This document shows positions 35,645-48,926 of a DNA stretch of 64,000 nt, piece after piece. A program made the translations under genes and the position numbers. The notes beneath the pieces were generated by a model. The model did not search any database. It saw nothing but the letters and a program-made list of their open reading frames with translations, and was not told where the DNA came from. The stretch comes from Hydrolagus colliei (Eukaryota), in assembly GCA_035084275.1 (NCBI GenBank), contig CM068759.1, positions 6,696,001 through 6,760,000 of the forward strand, written 5' to 3'. The stretch's first letter is position 1, and every line of letters begins with the position of its first letter.

Positions 35645-36280
35645 AACCATTAATAATAATAATCCTTGCTTTGAATCCTTCACTTAATTGAAACAACTCA
35701 ATGCACTTCACAGGATATACTATAAAGTGTATTGACTATCTTGTGTGTGATTTTATTTTGTGATGCTGCAGTCAGTTGTGCACAGCAATGACCCATGAAT
35801 ATCCACGGAGAGAGTAACCAGTTGTAGTTTGGGGGATTGTTGGCGAGGACACCAGAGAAACCCACTTCTCTTGTTGCTTAGTGCCGTGGGCTCCACCGGA
35901 ACAGGCAGATGGTTTATCGTCTCATCTGAAGCACAATATCTCCACCAATGTAGCACACCCCCGGCACTGAATTGGAGTACAGTAAAAGCCAGTTTATCCA
36001 TGACCCGATCAACCGTAACTTCCGTATAACCGGCACTGCAAAAAAAGGTCCACATTCGATTAACCAGAATATTTCATCTGAAAAATGCATTATTTATTTA
36101 TTTATTTTGCATTTTCAGTCAAATATCCGGCACGCGCTTTAACCGGCATTGGCTAAGTCCTGAGGGTGCCGAATAAACAGGCTTTTACTGTATTAGCTTA
36201 GACTGCTTTCAAATTTCAACATAGGTCTTGAACCAAAAACCATCTCACTCAGAATCGAGAGTACTACTACTGAGCCATGC
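35645..36280 (-). mobile_element. Older Deu-domain SINE interrupted by a MITE
   Basis: Tail ccttgc...cttcacaggatatac, core ggtttatcgtctcatctgaag, head ctcagaatcgagagtactactactgagcca. Sequence is continuous once 35980-36190 is removed. Confidence 0.6.
35980..36190. mobile_element. Tc1/mariner-pogo (Tigger-like) MITE, 211 bp
   Basis: TIRs cagtaaaagccagtttatcc and gaataaacaggcttttactg (18/20 match), flanked by TA on both sides (35978-79, 36191-92). Confidence 0.85.
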
Positions 36281-36553
36281 TGGTATTAATGTGCTTTCAT
36301 AAAAATACTGCAGTAATGTTTAGTTTGCTGTTAAACTGTATATAATGGTAATGTATCAATTGAAAGCATATTCAACGTTTTAACTAATTTTAGCAATCCA
36401 TGAGGAATAAATTGTAACATGATTTGTGGTTTACTTGATAATAGTAGAGAATACTATTTGTTTAATTTTTATGATGCTTTCTACGTAATCTAACAGTTTA
36501 ATAAAATAGAATCTTGAAAATTTGAAGAATGACTTTTTGGTTGTTTGCAATTT

Positions 36554-36832
36554 ATAATAAATAATGCATGTATTTGATATAGTGCTTTTCACGTCTTCAA
36601 GACGTCTCACAAAGTGCTTCACAAAATATACTGTAAACTGAATTGACTATATTTGTGGATGAAACGCGGCAGCTAGTTACGCACAGCAATGTCCCATGGA
36701 TTGAAGTGACCAATTTATCTCTTTTTTTGAGGGATTATTATTAGGTGTGTGGAGTAAAGAAACTTACCCAAGGTTTTGCCCTGCTGGGAATCCAATCCAG
36801 GTCTCTTGCTTGCAAGGCGAGTACCCTAACCA
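36554..36832 (-). mobile_element. tRNA-derived SINE
   Basis: Same family; tail atttgatatagtgcttttcacg, head caggtctcttgcttgcaaggcgagt. Confidence 0.85.
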
Positions 36833-38363
36833 AAATGGAAGATCAATAAATCGTTATGGCACATTACTGCTTCACAAATTTTTATATGAATTGGAAGTTA
36901 AAATAATTTTTAACTTCCCCCCCACACACACTTTCCTTAGCTCGGGTCTGAATCAATAACTGTCCAGCGCCTTGTGATGTCCTCCTGACGTGAAAGGCGC
37001 TACACATTGTTACTGGAAATTTCTATTGTACATGTTGGTGGTCATAACCCAAGTATGCAAAGTCTTTGAAATAAATTCTTCCTTCAACATTGATATCAAA
37101 TTACAACGTAGACATTATGAAACCTCTTCAATGTTGTAATTAATGTATCGAATATGTGTGTTTGCATTTTTTATGATTTTGCATTTGATCCTTTGTACTA
37201 TAAACAATATTAAGAATTCTGTGAAATGTTTGGGATAACTTTTCTAAAGAACAAAAAGAACAATTATACTCTTGTAATTCCAGGGAAGGATAACTAACAA
37301 AGGCTAACAAATTATGCTAAATAATTAAATATGTTGGGCATTCATTTAGCCTGATCAATTAATTGTGCTAGGAAATGGATTGATACAAATTGATTTTTTG
37401 ACTCAAAACACATCACTGTCTATGGCCTTAAAAGGATGTGAACAATAAATTGATATTTTATTCATTTAATGAAAACCTAATGGTGATCAGAATATTGGGA
37501 GCTTGGTTCTCAATCCGCAATGCTTGATACCATTCTTGCCTGGTGCATATTTACTTTCACCTTCAATTGTTGAGTGGTAAACTCTGAAATCTGTTAGTAC
37601 CTTTTCATCCTGTTACATATTATATTTTGATATCATTTTGAAGTGGACAGAACAAATCTTCAGATCATGAAAGCTGCATTCTGTAAAATTTCTGTTAGCT
37701 GAATGAACCTTTTTATTGTAGAATCGTATGTATGGATTCTAAATGGAATATATTCTAAATGCAAAATTTGTAGTGGTGTACTAATCCTTGATTGAATTTG
37801 ATTGCCTTATAGGTTTACTCATTGTTAGTGATCACTTACCAGAGTACATTTTGGGTATATGAGCAAGTCACCATTGAATATGATTTCAGTAATTCATACA
37901 ATGATCTAGAAATGAATATTTTTCATTTTGTGCAGTACAACCACCACTAATAGTTTAGTGGACCATTCATTAAGGAGTTGTATACTCTGCCATAATTGAA
38001 AACTATTAATTCTTCCTCTATTACAAAACTAATTTCTGTTTATTATTTAGCATATATTTCATGATGTGTATTTGAAATGGATTACTAATATAATTTCAAA
38101 TTATCAAATGGAGTCATGTTTGATAATAGACCAGTATCTCATATATCATTATGAAATGTATGTAGCATTGTTCAACATATGACTAAGTGGTCCATAAAAT
38201 CCAATCTTACTTTGTAACCAAATTCTTTCCCACTGGTGGAGTTAAAGTCTGGACATATATTCTACAATTTTTATTTTAACCACCCCTTAAATTTTTGTAA
38301 TTAATGCAAATGGAAATTTTCTTTTTTGTTTCACGTGGTAAAGCACCGCTTTGGATCAGAAAA

Positions 38364-38553
38364 ATGTCCCGGAGAAGAAGCAGAAGCACATCTAGAGATC
38401 GCAGAATGCGTGACGACCGCGGTGCAGGTAACAAGACTGACAGCACCGATCCTCGAGATCTTGAAAGGCGCATTTTTGTTGGGAATTTACCCACAGACTC
38501 CATGGTCAGAAAGGATTTGGAAGATATATTCCTTAAGTACGGCAAGATAAATG
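38364..38553 (+). CDS. NCOA5: NCOA5 coding exon 1 (RS-rich N-terminus, first half of RRM)
   Basis: MSRRRSRSTSRD...TDSTDPRDLERRIFVGNLPTDSMVRKDLEDIFLKYGKIN with RNP2 IFVGNL; donor G|GTTAGT; splices in frame to the downstream NCOA5 exons. Confidence 0.88.
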
Positions 38554-40159
38554 GTTAGTATTTGGAAGCATGATACTTCCCAAATGAATCCATTTTTGAT
38601 TGTAGTCTTAGCTGAACCAAGTGTTATCACAGTTTCAGCATACATTTGAACACTGAAATCTTCACCTGGACTGTTCAGTGCAATTCAATAATAAGTTTGT
38701 CCAAATCTTCTTAGTTAGGGAAATTCTATCATCTATGCCAGTGCTCATGACTGAATGGAACAGTACAGTAAATTATTCGGAAACATGGCATTTTGCTAAC
38801 ATTGAAGCAACACTGAACTTGAAATCTCATAAGGAAGTCAAAGTAATATCTAAAACTTTGATTGAAAAAAGATTATGGTTGTGACTCTTAAGGTTCAGAA
38901 ACCTGTCACACTCGTTCTATAAACAGCGTGTATTGGGGTATGTTCAATAAATTGTCTATTCTCAAGCTATTGATTGTATTTGGTGTAGGTGGGGGTGAGG
39001 CCTGTTGGGATAATGTCAAAAGTTGTAAGCGCAGTACACTACTCAATCCAGGATCTGAACCCCTATTTCCATTTTCTGCTGTCAGTATCACAGTATCGAG
39101 TGTTACCATCCAGATTAGGTGCAATGACTCCTCTAGTGCTCATGCCCACGTTCACTGGAATTCTGTAAAGAATTCTGTAGAAAATTATTTGCTTGCTAGT
39201 AATGTATCATATGGTTGGAACAAAAGTGTGGAAGTATTAAAACTAGATTTCTTATTCGTTTGCCATCACTATTTCTCAGAATCTTGTTTTCTGGAATAAA
39301 GATGGTGCCTTTAAAGTGGTTTTGCTTGCTGTAGTGGACAAGAGCCATGTAGGCTTTCTGCTGCTCCCATATTAAATATTGACAGTAGCTTAGATTGCAT
39401 TTGGAGCATTGTTGCTTCACTGAGTGTTTTTCCTTCAACTGCAATGTACTTGTTGCCAACCATTGACAAAATTTTGAATACTAATGAGGTTGCAATTATA
39501 AAATGTATCAAACAAATGGAATGTCTTCCAGATACTTTTCAGGCAAAATGTTTTCAGTACACATTTTTTAGAAGTGAAACTTGAGAATTACAATCTGCGG
39601 TTCAGTTTTGAGAAATATATTCTGTACAGAGGAATTGTGGAAAGATTTAAAGTTGTAAAATATATAACCAGAATCTGCAATTGAAGTTCTCCAGAAGTGA
39701 ACTGTAGTGAAGGGTTTATCTAACAACACAAGTTCGGTTGATTCTGCTAGTTTAACCAAAGTGCGAGTTCAGAAATGTGTGCCCCTTTATTCTGGAGTGG
39801 AATCTTTGATCTCTGCATTCACAATGTTCTTTTTCCCCCCATAATTTATTGTGAAAATATCAATTTTCCTACAAGTCCCAACAATTGGACAATCCTTTTG
39901 GGCACTTTTACATATGGATGCCTGCTGCTGATGTTGTTTGTACACACACTAAGTATAGACAGCCCCGTGCAATGAAAAGATTTAAAATATTGGATATTTA
40001 ATAATGGACTTAATAAATGGTTTTATTGAAATTAAATGTATGTATCCCAAGGTCATGCTAGGGATACTTTGTGTGTTATTTGTGTAGTTTAGTAAGTGAC
40101 TAGCTCATTAGAGTTATTTAGATTGAATATACAAGGACTGAATTCGTCAGAATCCTCCC

Positions 40160-40435
40160 ATTCATGTCTTCTAGATGTCTCAAAGCACTTCACAGAACAT
40201 ACTCTAAAGTGAATTGACTGTATACTTGTGGGCGAAACATGGCAGCCAATTGCACCAAACAGTCCCCCACAGATAGTCGTGGATGGAAATGACCATTTTA
40301 TTATAGTGTTTTTTTTGGAGGGATTATTAGGCGTGTGGAGTAAGAAAGCTGCCCAAGGTTTTGCCTGTCTGAATTCGAACACAGGTCTCACGCTTGTAAG
40401 GCGAGTGCTCTAACCACTGAGCTACAGGACTCCAC
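40160..40435 (-). mobile_element. tRNA-derived SINE
   Basis: Head gtgctctaaccactgagctacaggactccac. Confidence 0.88.
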
Positions 40436-43400
40436 ATACACTGGCTCATACAATTCCTTGCACAAATCCTCCAATTCACTTCAGTGAGTAATATTGTACC
40501 TCTTTAGGGTTTACAAATTCAATTCACAATTTTATTCAATTTTTAGATTTGCATTTAGACTGTATCTAAAATCTTGAACATAAATGAACCAATATTACAA
40601 ATAGGTCTATTTGTCATAACTATTTATTTTCTGGAAGAATATTCAAGTGCGTACCTATCTAGATACATTTTTTATTTTTCTGTACAACTAAAACGCAATG
40701 ATCTGTTCAGCCTTGTGAATGACTTGTGACACTACTGGCTGTAGTATCATTCAATAGATAATTGAACTAGTAATCTTTTGAAGTTCAGTAACATTCTTTT
40801 GGTCAAAAATCAATACAGAAATCCATTTTAACTTTGAACTGACTGTGAAAACTAACAGGAAGTAATTCCGAAACCTTATCTCTGAATACACTTTTCATTT
40901 TTCACTTTTAAACCATTAAGTAATTTCAATAACTTTTTAAAAATCCTGTAAACTGCTAGCTGTGGATTTGCACTGAGCCTTTTTTGCATGTGGAGCCTTT
41001 TATACATGTGGAGAAACAAAGTTAAGCTAGCAATCTCTGTCCCTGTCTTGAGATGGGAATTTAAAAACAATTCAATTCTCAAATGTGGTAGATCAAGATT
41101 ACTAATGTTCAAAACAAGGTTTTGTATTTCACAACAACAACTTCGATTTATATAGTGCCCTCCACGCCGGACAGTGTCTCAGAGCGCTTTGATTTTAGGT
41201 GCATGAAAATGATTTACTGTAGCTTGAAACAACTAAATGGGTCTGGTGTGTGAATTTTATAAAACTTGAAAAGGTGGATATTAATGGACACTTTGTAGGT
41301 TTTTAATACCTACTTTGAACATATGTTTCATGTGTTATTATAGACGCCTGACCTTAATGTTTCTGCTTGATCTTAATGTTTACTGCAATTAAAAATGCAG
41401 TCATATCAACTTGCATTTGAGCATTTCCACGATAAAGGGGTATACGTGTGTGACAGAGAGGTCAGAAAATCAAATTGATTGCTGAACATTCATTTTTTCT
41501 ACATAAGTGCCCTAGAGTGTATGTATCTTGTCAGAAATACATAATTTTTTTAACAGAATTATTTTTACCACCTCTGAAAGTTCATACCTCATGCACTTAA
41601 TACTTTGAATGGGGGACAGACAATACGAACGTAGACATTAGAGGACGGAACGTTATGAGTGAATTTTCAAATTGTCGGAGAAGTAAGCAATCATCAAGCT
41701 TACCAAAATAAATCAAACCACGAAGTAGTTACTTCATAACTTTATGAATTGAGAGCAAAATAATCCACCCTTCCTCAGAAAATGGCATGAATATTTTGCC
41801 TTGCACAATGTACCCCATTACTGTGGAAATGCCCATTTATAAAGCACACTTCAACAACAACAACAAAATTACATTTATAGAGCGCCTTTCATGTCGGGAG
41901 GATGTCCCAAGGCACTGAACAGTTAGGTGGGGACCCAAGGGTTGGGGGGGGAATGCATATTCTGTCAAAATATGTTAAATGTCCAGGAGTAAAGTTGTAC
42001 ATGTGTGCCCTTTTCCTGGCTCTTTCAGGCTCTTTTTTCAGCTAATTTCAGTTTGGGGGTTTTAGTATTGAAGCTGATATTTGTTGCTTTATGACAAGTA
42101 GCTAGATTTTGTGGGTGCTCTGGGTGCACACCCTGGGAGTGCTTTGTAAGGATGGGATTGCACATTGAATGAAGGGATAGGGGATTGTAGTCATGTTCGA
42201 AGAGATATATTTTCAGGCAAGTTTAAAGACTGAGAGAGGGGGTGAGATGGATGGATAGAGAAATGGAGATCCAGAGGTTTGGAGCATAATTGCTCAGTCA
42301 CTGATGGTGGCATAGAAGGATGCTGGCAGGTCGAATGAGCCGAGTGGAGGGTATGAGCAAAAAAAGTAACTTAGTTGAAGATTAAAGACGGTGATGTGTG
42401 AGGGCATGATGGGATTCAAAGATGAGGATGAGGGTCTTGAAGAAGATAAATAGATTTAGCCTTTTTTCAACTTCTAAAACTTTTGGGGAACAAGAATCTT
42501 ATCTTGATATGCAAATATTCTTGAACTGATTTGAAATCATGTGGTCCTCTATAGATGCATTAATGTCTACTTGAAGGGATACCCTAAAATATTCTATGGA
42601 TCATGCTGACGTGCTCATATGAATGAGAATTACATTGATAATATGATGTCTACATAAATCTAGTTACCCTTTATTTGGACCTGCAAACTAATGGAGACCA
42701 ATGCTGTTTTTATTGAATCATGTCCTGTCATTGACTGGTGTTACATATAATTACATTTTTAAATTTACATTATATATAAAAATTGGACTGAAGTGACAGA
42801 AATATAAATTATTGGCTATTTGGAGTTTCAATTGCTTGACTAATTCATTATAGTATGTAGCATGTGACAATATCTGAGATTACCCCATTTGAATTCAGCG
42901 ATTCAGATATAATTTTTTCCCCAAAAGGGCAAAATGGTAGATTTTAAGTATACAGTATTACCCTTTCCAAAAATGCTTTTCTGAGCTTTTTCACTTCTGT
43001 GTATGTATACATGAAGGAATAATTTTAACTGAAATTGGAAATTTGCTTTGTGAGAAGTTGTAATATCAATTGCACACATCCTTCATTCTGACAGTATGTT
43101 GGGAGTGATGAAGTACGCGAGGATGAAGTTAAAATAATGTGCAAATTGTAATTTGACTATGTCTAATAGTCGTTAAACACCTATATTTTTGACATTGTTC
43201 AATTATGTAATTGATATGATCATGGCTAGGTTGTTATTTTACATTTGAAACAACCCCACAAATTTGCGTTGAGTATGCAATGGACTGAAGTTTTGCTTTA
43301 AATGTTGACAGTTTTCTGCTGAAACAAATGAATCTAGACAATGGAGGGTTTATCCAAGAAACGGATATGACTTCTGCTGAGAAAAGCACCTTAGGAGTGT

Positions 43401-44953
43401 AATGTTTGATTCCTTTGTAGATGGGAATATTTATTTGCATGATAACTTTGAAAGTGCCCAGGTTTTACTTACTGACTAGCGATGCTTATGTTTTGCATTA
43501 CACCGTCTTCTGAAGATTTTTAAAAAATCATTTTGGGTAGTGTTTGAAACCTAGGTTTTATTGAAATTAAAATGGCAATGTCTAATTCAGTTGTGCATAA
43601 ACAGTGGTTGTGTCCTATGTGATTGATGTTTTCATGTTTTCTGCTTTGCTACCCAGTTGAAGCAACCACTGCTTTTGTGCCAACTGTTGACAGTTCTTTA
43701 AAGCAATATATACAATTGTACTTAACTATGTTAACTTTAATTGTTAGCAAATATGCTGATTTATTTTGTCTGAAATAAAGTTATGGCAGAATTTAAAGTG
43801 GGATGCTGTCTGATTTCTATTAAGATTATTGACTTTTCATATGCAGACAATACAGGTGACTGAGTGACTTGAATAAACGGAGTGGTTGACGTGTGTTCTA
43901 GCCAAATGGCTACTTAGAGTGTCTAATTCTCACCATGGACTTTTAACGGATATTTACATAAAAGTCAAGTACAAGCTAATTCAAACATTGTGAAAAGACA
44001 GTGTTGATTTTTATCATCTATTAGACTGCAGTCCCATGCTCAACAATGTCCTAATGATGTTGCTCTCCTAATAAGCACTGAAAGAGTATTTTGCATTTAT
44101 GGATGGAAATGTTCACCTTCATTTAGATGTGAAGTCTTAACAAATGCCATACATTGGCTTATGCAGTGCAGTGAAATACCATTGCATGCAAAATTTGGAG
44201 TTGTGCTAAGTTCATAACAACAATTGCAAAGAACTAGAGTAACTGAACCAATTTAGAACAGACTAGATTAAATGTGTTTCAAGTGTATGTTAATGTAGAA
44301 GCTGGTCTTTCTTGCTTGGTCTTCAACTTTGAGACTTCAGCTTGTTTTCAAGGAATTGAATTTTTTGCTCTTATATTTTGTCGGAAACACTGACTGTCCA
44401 GCGGCTTGGGACATCCTCCTGATGTGAAAGGTGCTATACAAATAGGCTCTATACAGAAGGAAGCTATTAGCTTACCATTTCAGTTTATTAAATAGCACAG
44501 GAATTCGCTAAGCTTATGTTTTGAACTATGTTGATTTTCATTGCAGATTTCAACAAGTAAACTTCACTTCTGGTATTGTCTGCAAGCGTCTCTGAGTTAC
44601 ATTTACAGTAGAGTTGAAATTTGGGGGAGAGTTACATTTTGCTTTACCTTTTTAAAAAATATATATATATATTTTAGCTAGAAAATGCCAAATGAAGTTG
44701 TGCTTATTTTGACATGTCAGTCGCACACATTTTTGGAGTGTTTTCATCAACGCATAGGACATTTTTCTTGGACAGTTGAAGAGGTAATGGACTTCAGCAA
44801 CATTTATTGAGCGCTTTTGAACTAGACATTGCCAGTTTAACTTACAAGTGACGAGAAAAGTAATTTTGCACTGTTGAATGGAGATTTTTGAACATCTGGA
44901 ATTTTTCCACCCATCAGGTATGTACATTTTCATTAACAACATTAATTTTGCAG

Positions 44954-45061
44954 CTTTGTCTATACACCATGGATTTGGGTTTGTGCAGTTTGACCGTATT
45001 GAGGATGCTAAAGCTTCCGTGCAAGGAGAGAACGGGCGAATGTGTAGAGGGTACAGATTAG
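44954..45061 (+). CDS. NCOA5: NCOA5 coding exon 2 (second half of RRM)
   Basis: ALSIHHGFGFVQFDRIEDAKASVQGENGRMCRGYRL with RNP1 HGFGFVQF; 108 nt, phase 1-1, AG/GT. Confidence 0.9.
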   Translation, partial: LCLYTMDLGLCSLTVLRMLKLPCKERTGECVEGTD

Positions 45062-45750
45062 GTAAGAACATGAGAAAACGGCAAGTGTCTTCAATTGTAT
45101 ACTTTGAATGCATTAAAGGAAAATTGTAAAGGAGCGTATCGCTTAACCGTTTTTGTTTGTGCTTATATTTATTCTGGACTCTGAATTTGTGCGCCAGCCC
45201 TCATTTTCAAATGAACCGAAATGAAAGTACACACTTTCTCTAACACTAGTTTGGCATATCCGGCATTCAAATATGTCTTATGGTTTCAATCTAGTTTATC
45301 ACAAATCTGATAATAATGCAGAATTTTGTTCCAACCATAATTAAACATCCAGTACAACTCAGAAAATACTCAGTTTGGAGTAAACAGAATTTCAAGTTCC
45401 AGGGATGTCTCCTTCCTGTTGCGATTTACCCAAAATAAATGGGTTTGAAGATCTGCCGTAGCTACAGTTTTTCATCTGATTTTTGACCACGACGACATTG
45501 CGGAGGAACATTCTTTCCATTTTACTCGGCTTGAAAAGCTGGTTACATGTGTAATATTTCTACCAAAAATGATGCCCTTTTCAGTAATTAATTCAGATGC
45601 CAGTTTTGTGATTTGTTTCAAACAGTACATTTGTAAGCAATTGCTTTATGCATTACGTCTATGGTAATAAACAACTATGTAAATTTGTCTTGTATTTGCA
45701 TTCAAATGCATTTTTTGTTTTGTACAAATTGGTTGGTTGGTTCTTTTCAG

Positions 45751-45817
45751 ATGTTAATATGGCAGCTGAACGAAGAAATTCGAATAAACCTGCACGGAGA
45801 CCCAGTCCTCCGAGAAG
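45751..45817 (+). CDS. NCOA5: NCOA5 coding exon 3
   Basis: DVNMAAERRNSNKPARRPSPPR(R); 67 nt, ttttcAG/GTAATA. C-terminal part resembles mammalian MNTAPSRPSPTRR. Confidence 0.88.
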
Positions 45818-48785
45818 GTAATAAAACTTGTGCATCTATTTTCACGGAAGACAAGTTCTGGAATGAAGGACATCTTTTGTTGCGTTTCTACGTGGTGTTA
45901 GATTGAAAATATGCGATTTTTGCGCAGGGTCTTTCTGAATCTGCCCTTTTAGGAGCTTGGTCTCAAAATTATCTTGAAATTTACATGCACTTTTAAACAG
46001 TGCACAACTTAAATTTTGAGGCTTTATCTTTTCTGTTTCCACCATGATGCTATAAATTGCTACTAATGTGTAATATATAGTTCTAAATCCCTTTGTAGGA
46101 GCTCAAATTGCAATTCACATTTTCTTACAACTGAATGAAGATAGTAAATGCATTATGAAGACGTGGAATACAGGGAAATTGTCAAATATTTATTTAGTTT
46201 TGAGTCTTTAGAATAAATTATTAATTTTTGGCATGCTTGCCTACTCATATTTGCATATCAAATAAACTTATCAATTGAATTTAGATGTACACTTAGTACA
46301 AGTTTTAATGGTAAAACATGGATCTTTCTGGTCCACTCTTTTTGCCCTTTGGTACTACATCTTACCAAGATGAAATGTAATTGTAGCATTGATATCTTTT
46401 ATATATGTCAACAATGTAAACTAGTTTCTATTTATGCAAATTTAATAAAAACTGTTGCATATTCAAACGTGAACTGCAACTTAAGTTGAATTTCTAAATG
46501 TTCTCTGGAAAGTTAACCATGTGTCATGGTTCCTCATTTGCGCATTCCTTCACATTCCCCTGCTTTGCTTGCAAAGTGCAAGAAACTTGGAAGTTTTCAG
46601 CTGCACATCAGTATCGGTTTGTAGCTGATGATTTGTAGTTTTCTTTGTCGACTGCTTCATTTACTGGGAAGCATTTGGAGGATAGTTGAAGTCACATTGG
46701 TTTCATTAACAGCTGGCACCTACATTGTCTCTATTCACTTTGCCAAATTGCAGATATCTAGGTATACTGCAATTGCACAATCTTCAGTCGATCCGTTATG
46801 TGTTCAATCCAGTTCACTTAGGTTTATGCATAAACCTTGGGTAGCTAAAAGGTGTGAACCTTAAATGCTGAAAAACAAAGGATGTGTCTAATACTATATT
46901 GCTAAACGTCATGACAAGCAATTGAAGTATCCAGCCAAAGATTGAATGAATGGAAGATGCAGTCAAATACTCTATATCATCTTGAAGGACCCAATTTATT
47001 TTACTGCACGACTGGAAACACATTTTCTTTTTCTCTGCGAGTTCAGAATTATAACATCAACTTGTGTTTGGATGACATTATCCTGCCTTCATGCCTTGCT
47101 ACAGCATCTAATAAATAAGAAACTGAAGAATCAAAATCATTAAAATTGAGTGAATAGTAGCTGTGAGGTGTGTTCAACATACTTAGTGCTCTGTTGAACA
47201 AACCATTATTACTTGGTTATTACATTATTACTTGAAATCCGCTTAGGACTTCAAAAAGCAAATGTGTGCCTGCAGTTTTGATAAAATTGTTTCAAAACAT
47301 CTAATGGTGAATTACAGTATTGATTACCAGCTTTCTTATGATCACACATTTGGGGAAATTCACCTATTTTCCCTTCTTTTACTAACACCGACCTGTTCAA
47401 TTTCCATTTTCTTGCAACGTTATTCTTATTTTTCCAATTTGCATTGCTTTCTATCCCTTGGTTCCTCAGCTCTCAGTAATGAGGAATCAAGTGATGTTAC
47501 GGAAATGATTTTTGTTGCAACGTAAAGGAATCAAAATAAGCAAAAATATGTCAGTGTGTCGCAGCCTAACCTTTTCCATTTCAAAGTTATAGAGACTACT
47601 TCCGACTTTCTGCATTCATCCTGATAATAGTTTTGGCAAGTTAAGCAAGAGAATCGTGCTTCTGGTTTTAGTAACTCCTGAACATGTCTATAGTGAGCAT
47701 AAACTGCAAGGCATTTCCTAAACTTTTGAAAGATTGGCGGTTCTTTTTGTAACTCCACTGATAAATACAAAGGGGAAAGCATTCGGTTCTTGTTGAAAGT
47801 TTTGAAACTGCAATAAATTTATTTGCGTCCTCATCTACTTTGCCAGTGTTACATTTCCAGTTTTGCAAACGATCCGAACCAGAAACTGTGAAGCTTGTTG
47901 TATAAGATGCACCTTATACAATTACTGTAAGAAATTGTAATAAAGACTGAAGGAAATGCTTTCTGTGGAACCCAGAATTTTTGTGAAAATCTCCAATTCT
48001 AAATGTTCTTTCTTCTTCCCCTACCCAGCCAACTGCTCTTGTGTCGGACAGTATTATGAAGTACAAATCATTGCTCATAACAATAGTCCAAAACTGGTAT
48101 GAGGGGAGTGTATAAGGCGCTGAATTTAACCATTGTGAAATTAGCTTCTGACAACTATCAGTAATGGGGGAAAAAACTCAGGTCGACTGTTTTGATTTCG
48201 TGAGAATTGCCATGTAGCACCATATGATGGTTTCCAGCGTGTTTCGAAGGGGCAACATCACACACTAAGTTGACAAGTTAGACTTTTGTACTGGAAATTA
48301 CTATCTTGATTAAAATTTGAATTGTGCCTCGTGATATGTTCAAACATTTTCATGCCAAGGATAAACTTTTTCTTTAGCTTCCCATTCAGTGTTGAATGTG
48401 GTTATTAAATTCTCTACATGCTCAGTTTAGCAAAGTTATATCATTTACACTATGACAATGCTAGCTATTGTCTTAGTTTTTATATGTATGCCCTTGAAAA
48501 TATCAAATTACAAAGTTGTATTCATCTGGAATTGTTAGATTTCCAGTACATAAACATATGTTATGTAGTATCAAGTACACAGCCTATATATTTGAACATT
48601 TACAAATTTAAACACACGTTTAAATAGCATTTTTGGGCAGTTTTGATGACGTTCAAGCTGCTCAAGTCACAACCTGTTGATGACATTTGCCAAGTTCTTG
48701 ACATCTTGTTTGCATTTAACTCTGTTGGGTCTCCTTCCTACTTTGTTTGACGATCTGTCTGGGGTGCTTCATTTACTTTTGCTAG

Positions 48786-48926
48786 AGATCCATTTGGTTT
48801 TGGTGATGAACGCGATGTAAGGCGAGAACGTTCTCCACTCAGGCCCCCTAGAGACGAACGTGATGCACGAGACTCTGTATACGACCGGTACAGGGACGTC
48901 AGAGATCCCAGAGAACTCGTTTACAG
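48786..48926 (+). CDS. NCOA5: NCOA5 coding exon 4 (RD-rich)
   Basis: DPFGFGDERDVRRERSPLRPPRDERDARDSVYDRYRDVRDPRELVY; matches mammalian DPYGFGD...YDRYRD; 141 nt, phase 2-2. Confidence 0.92.

Noticed and set aside
43106-43190. C/D snoRNA candidate (GTGATGA)
   Set aside because: No D box (CTGA) or terminal stem at a suitable distance.
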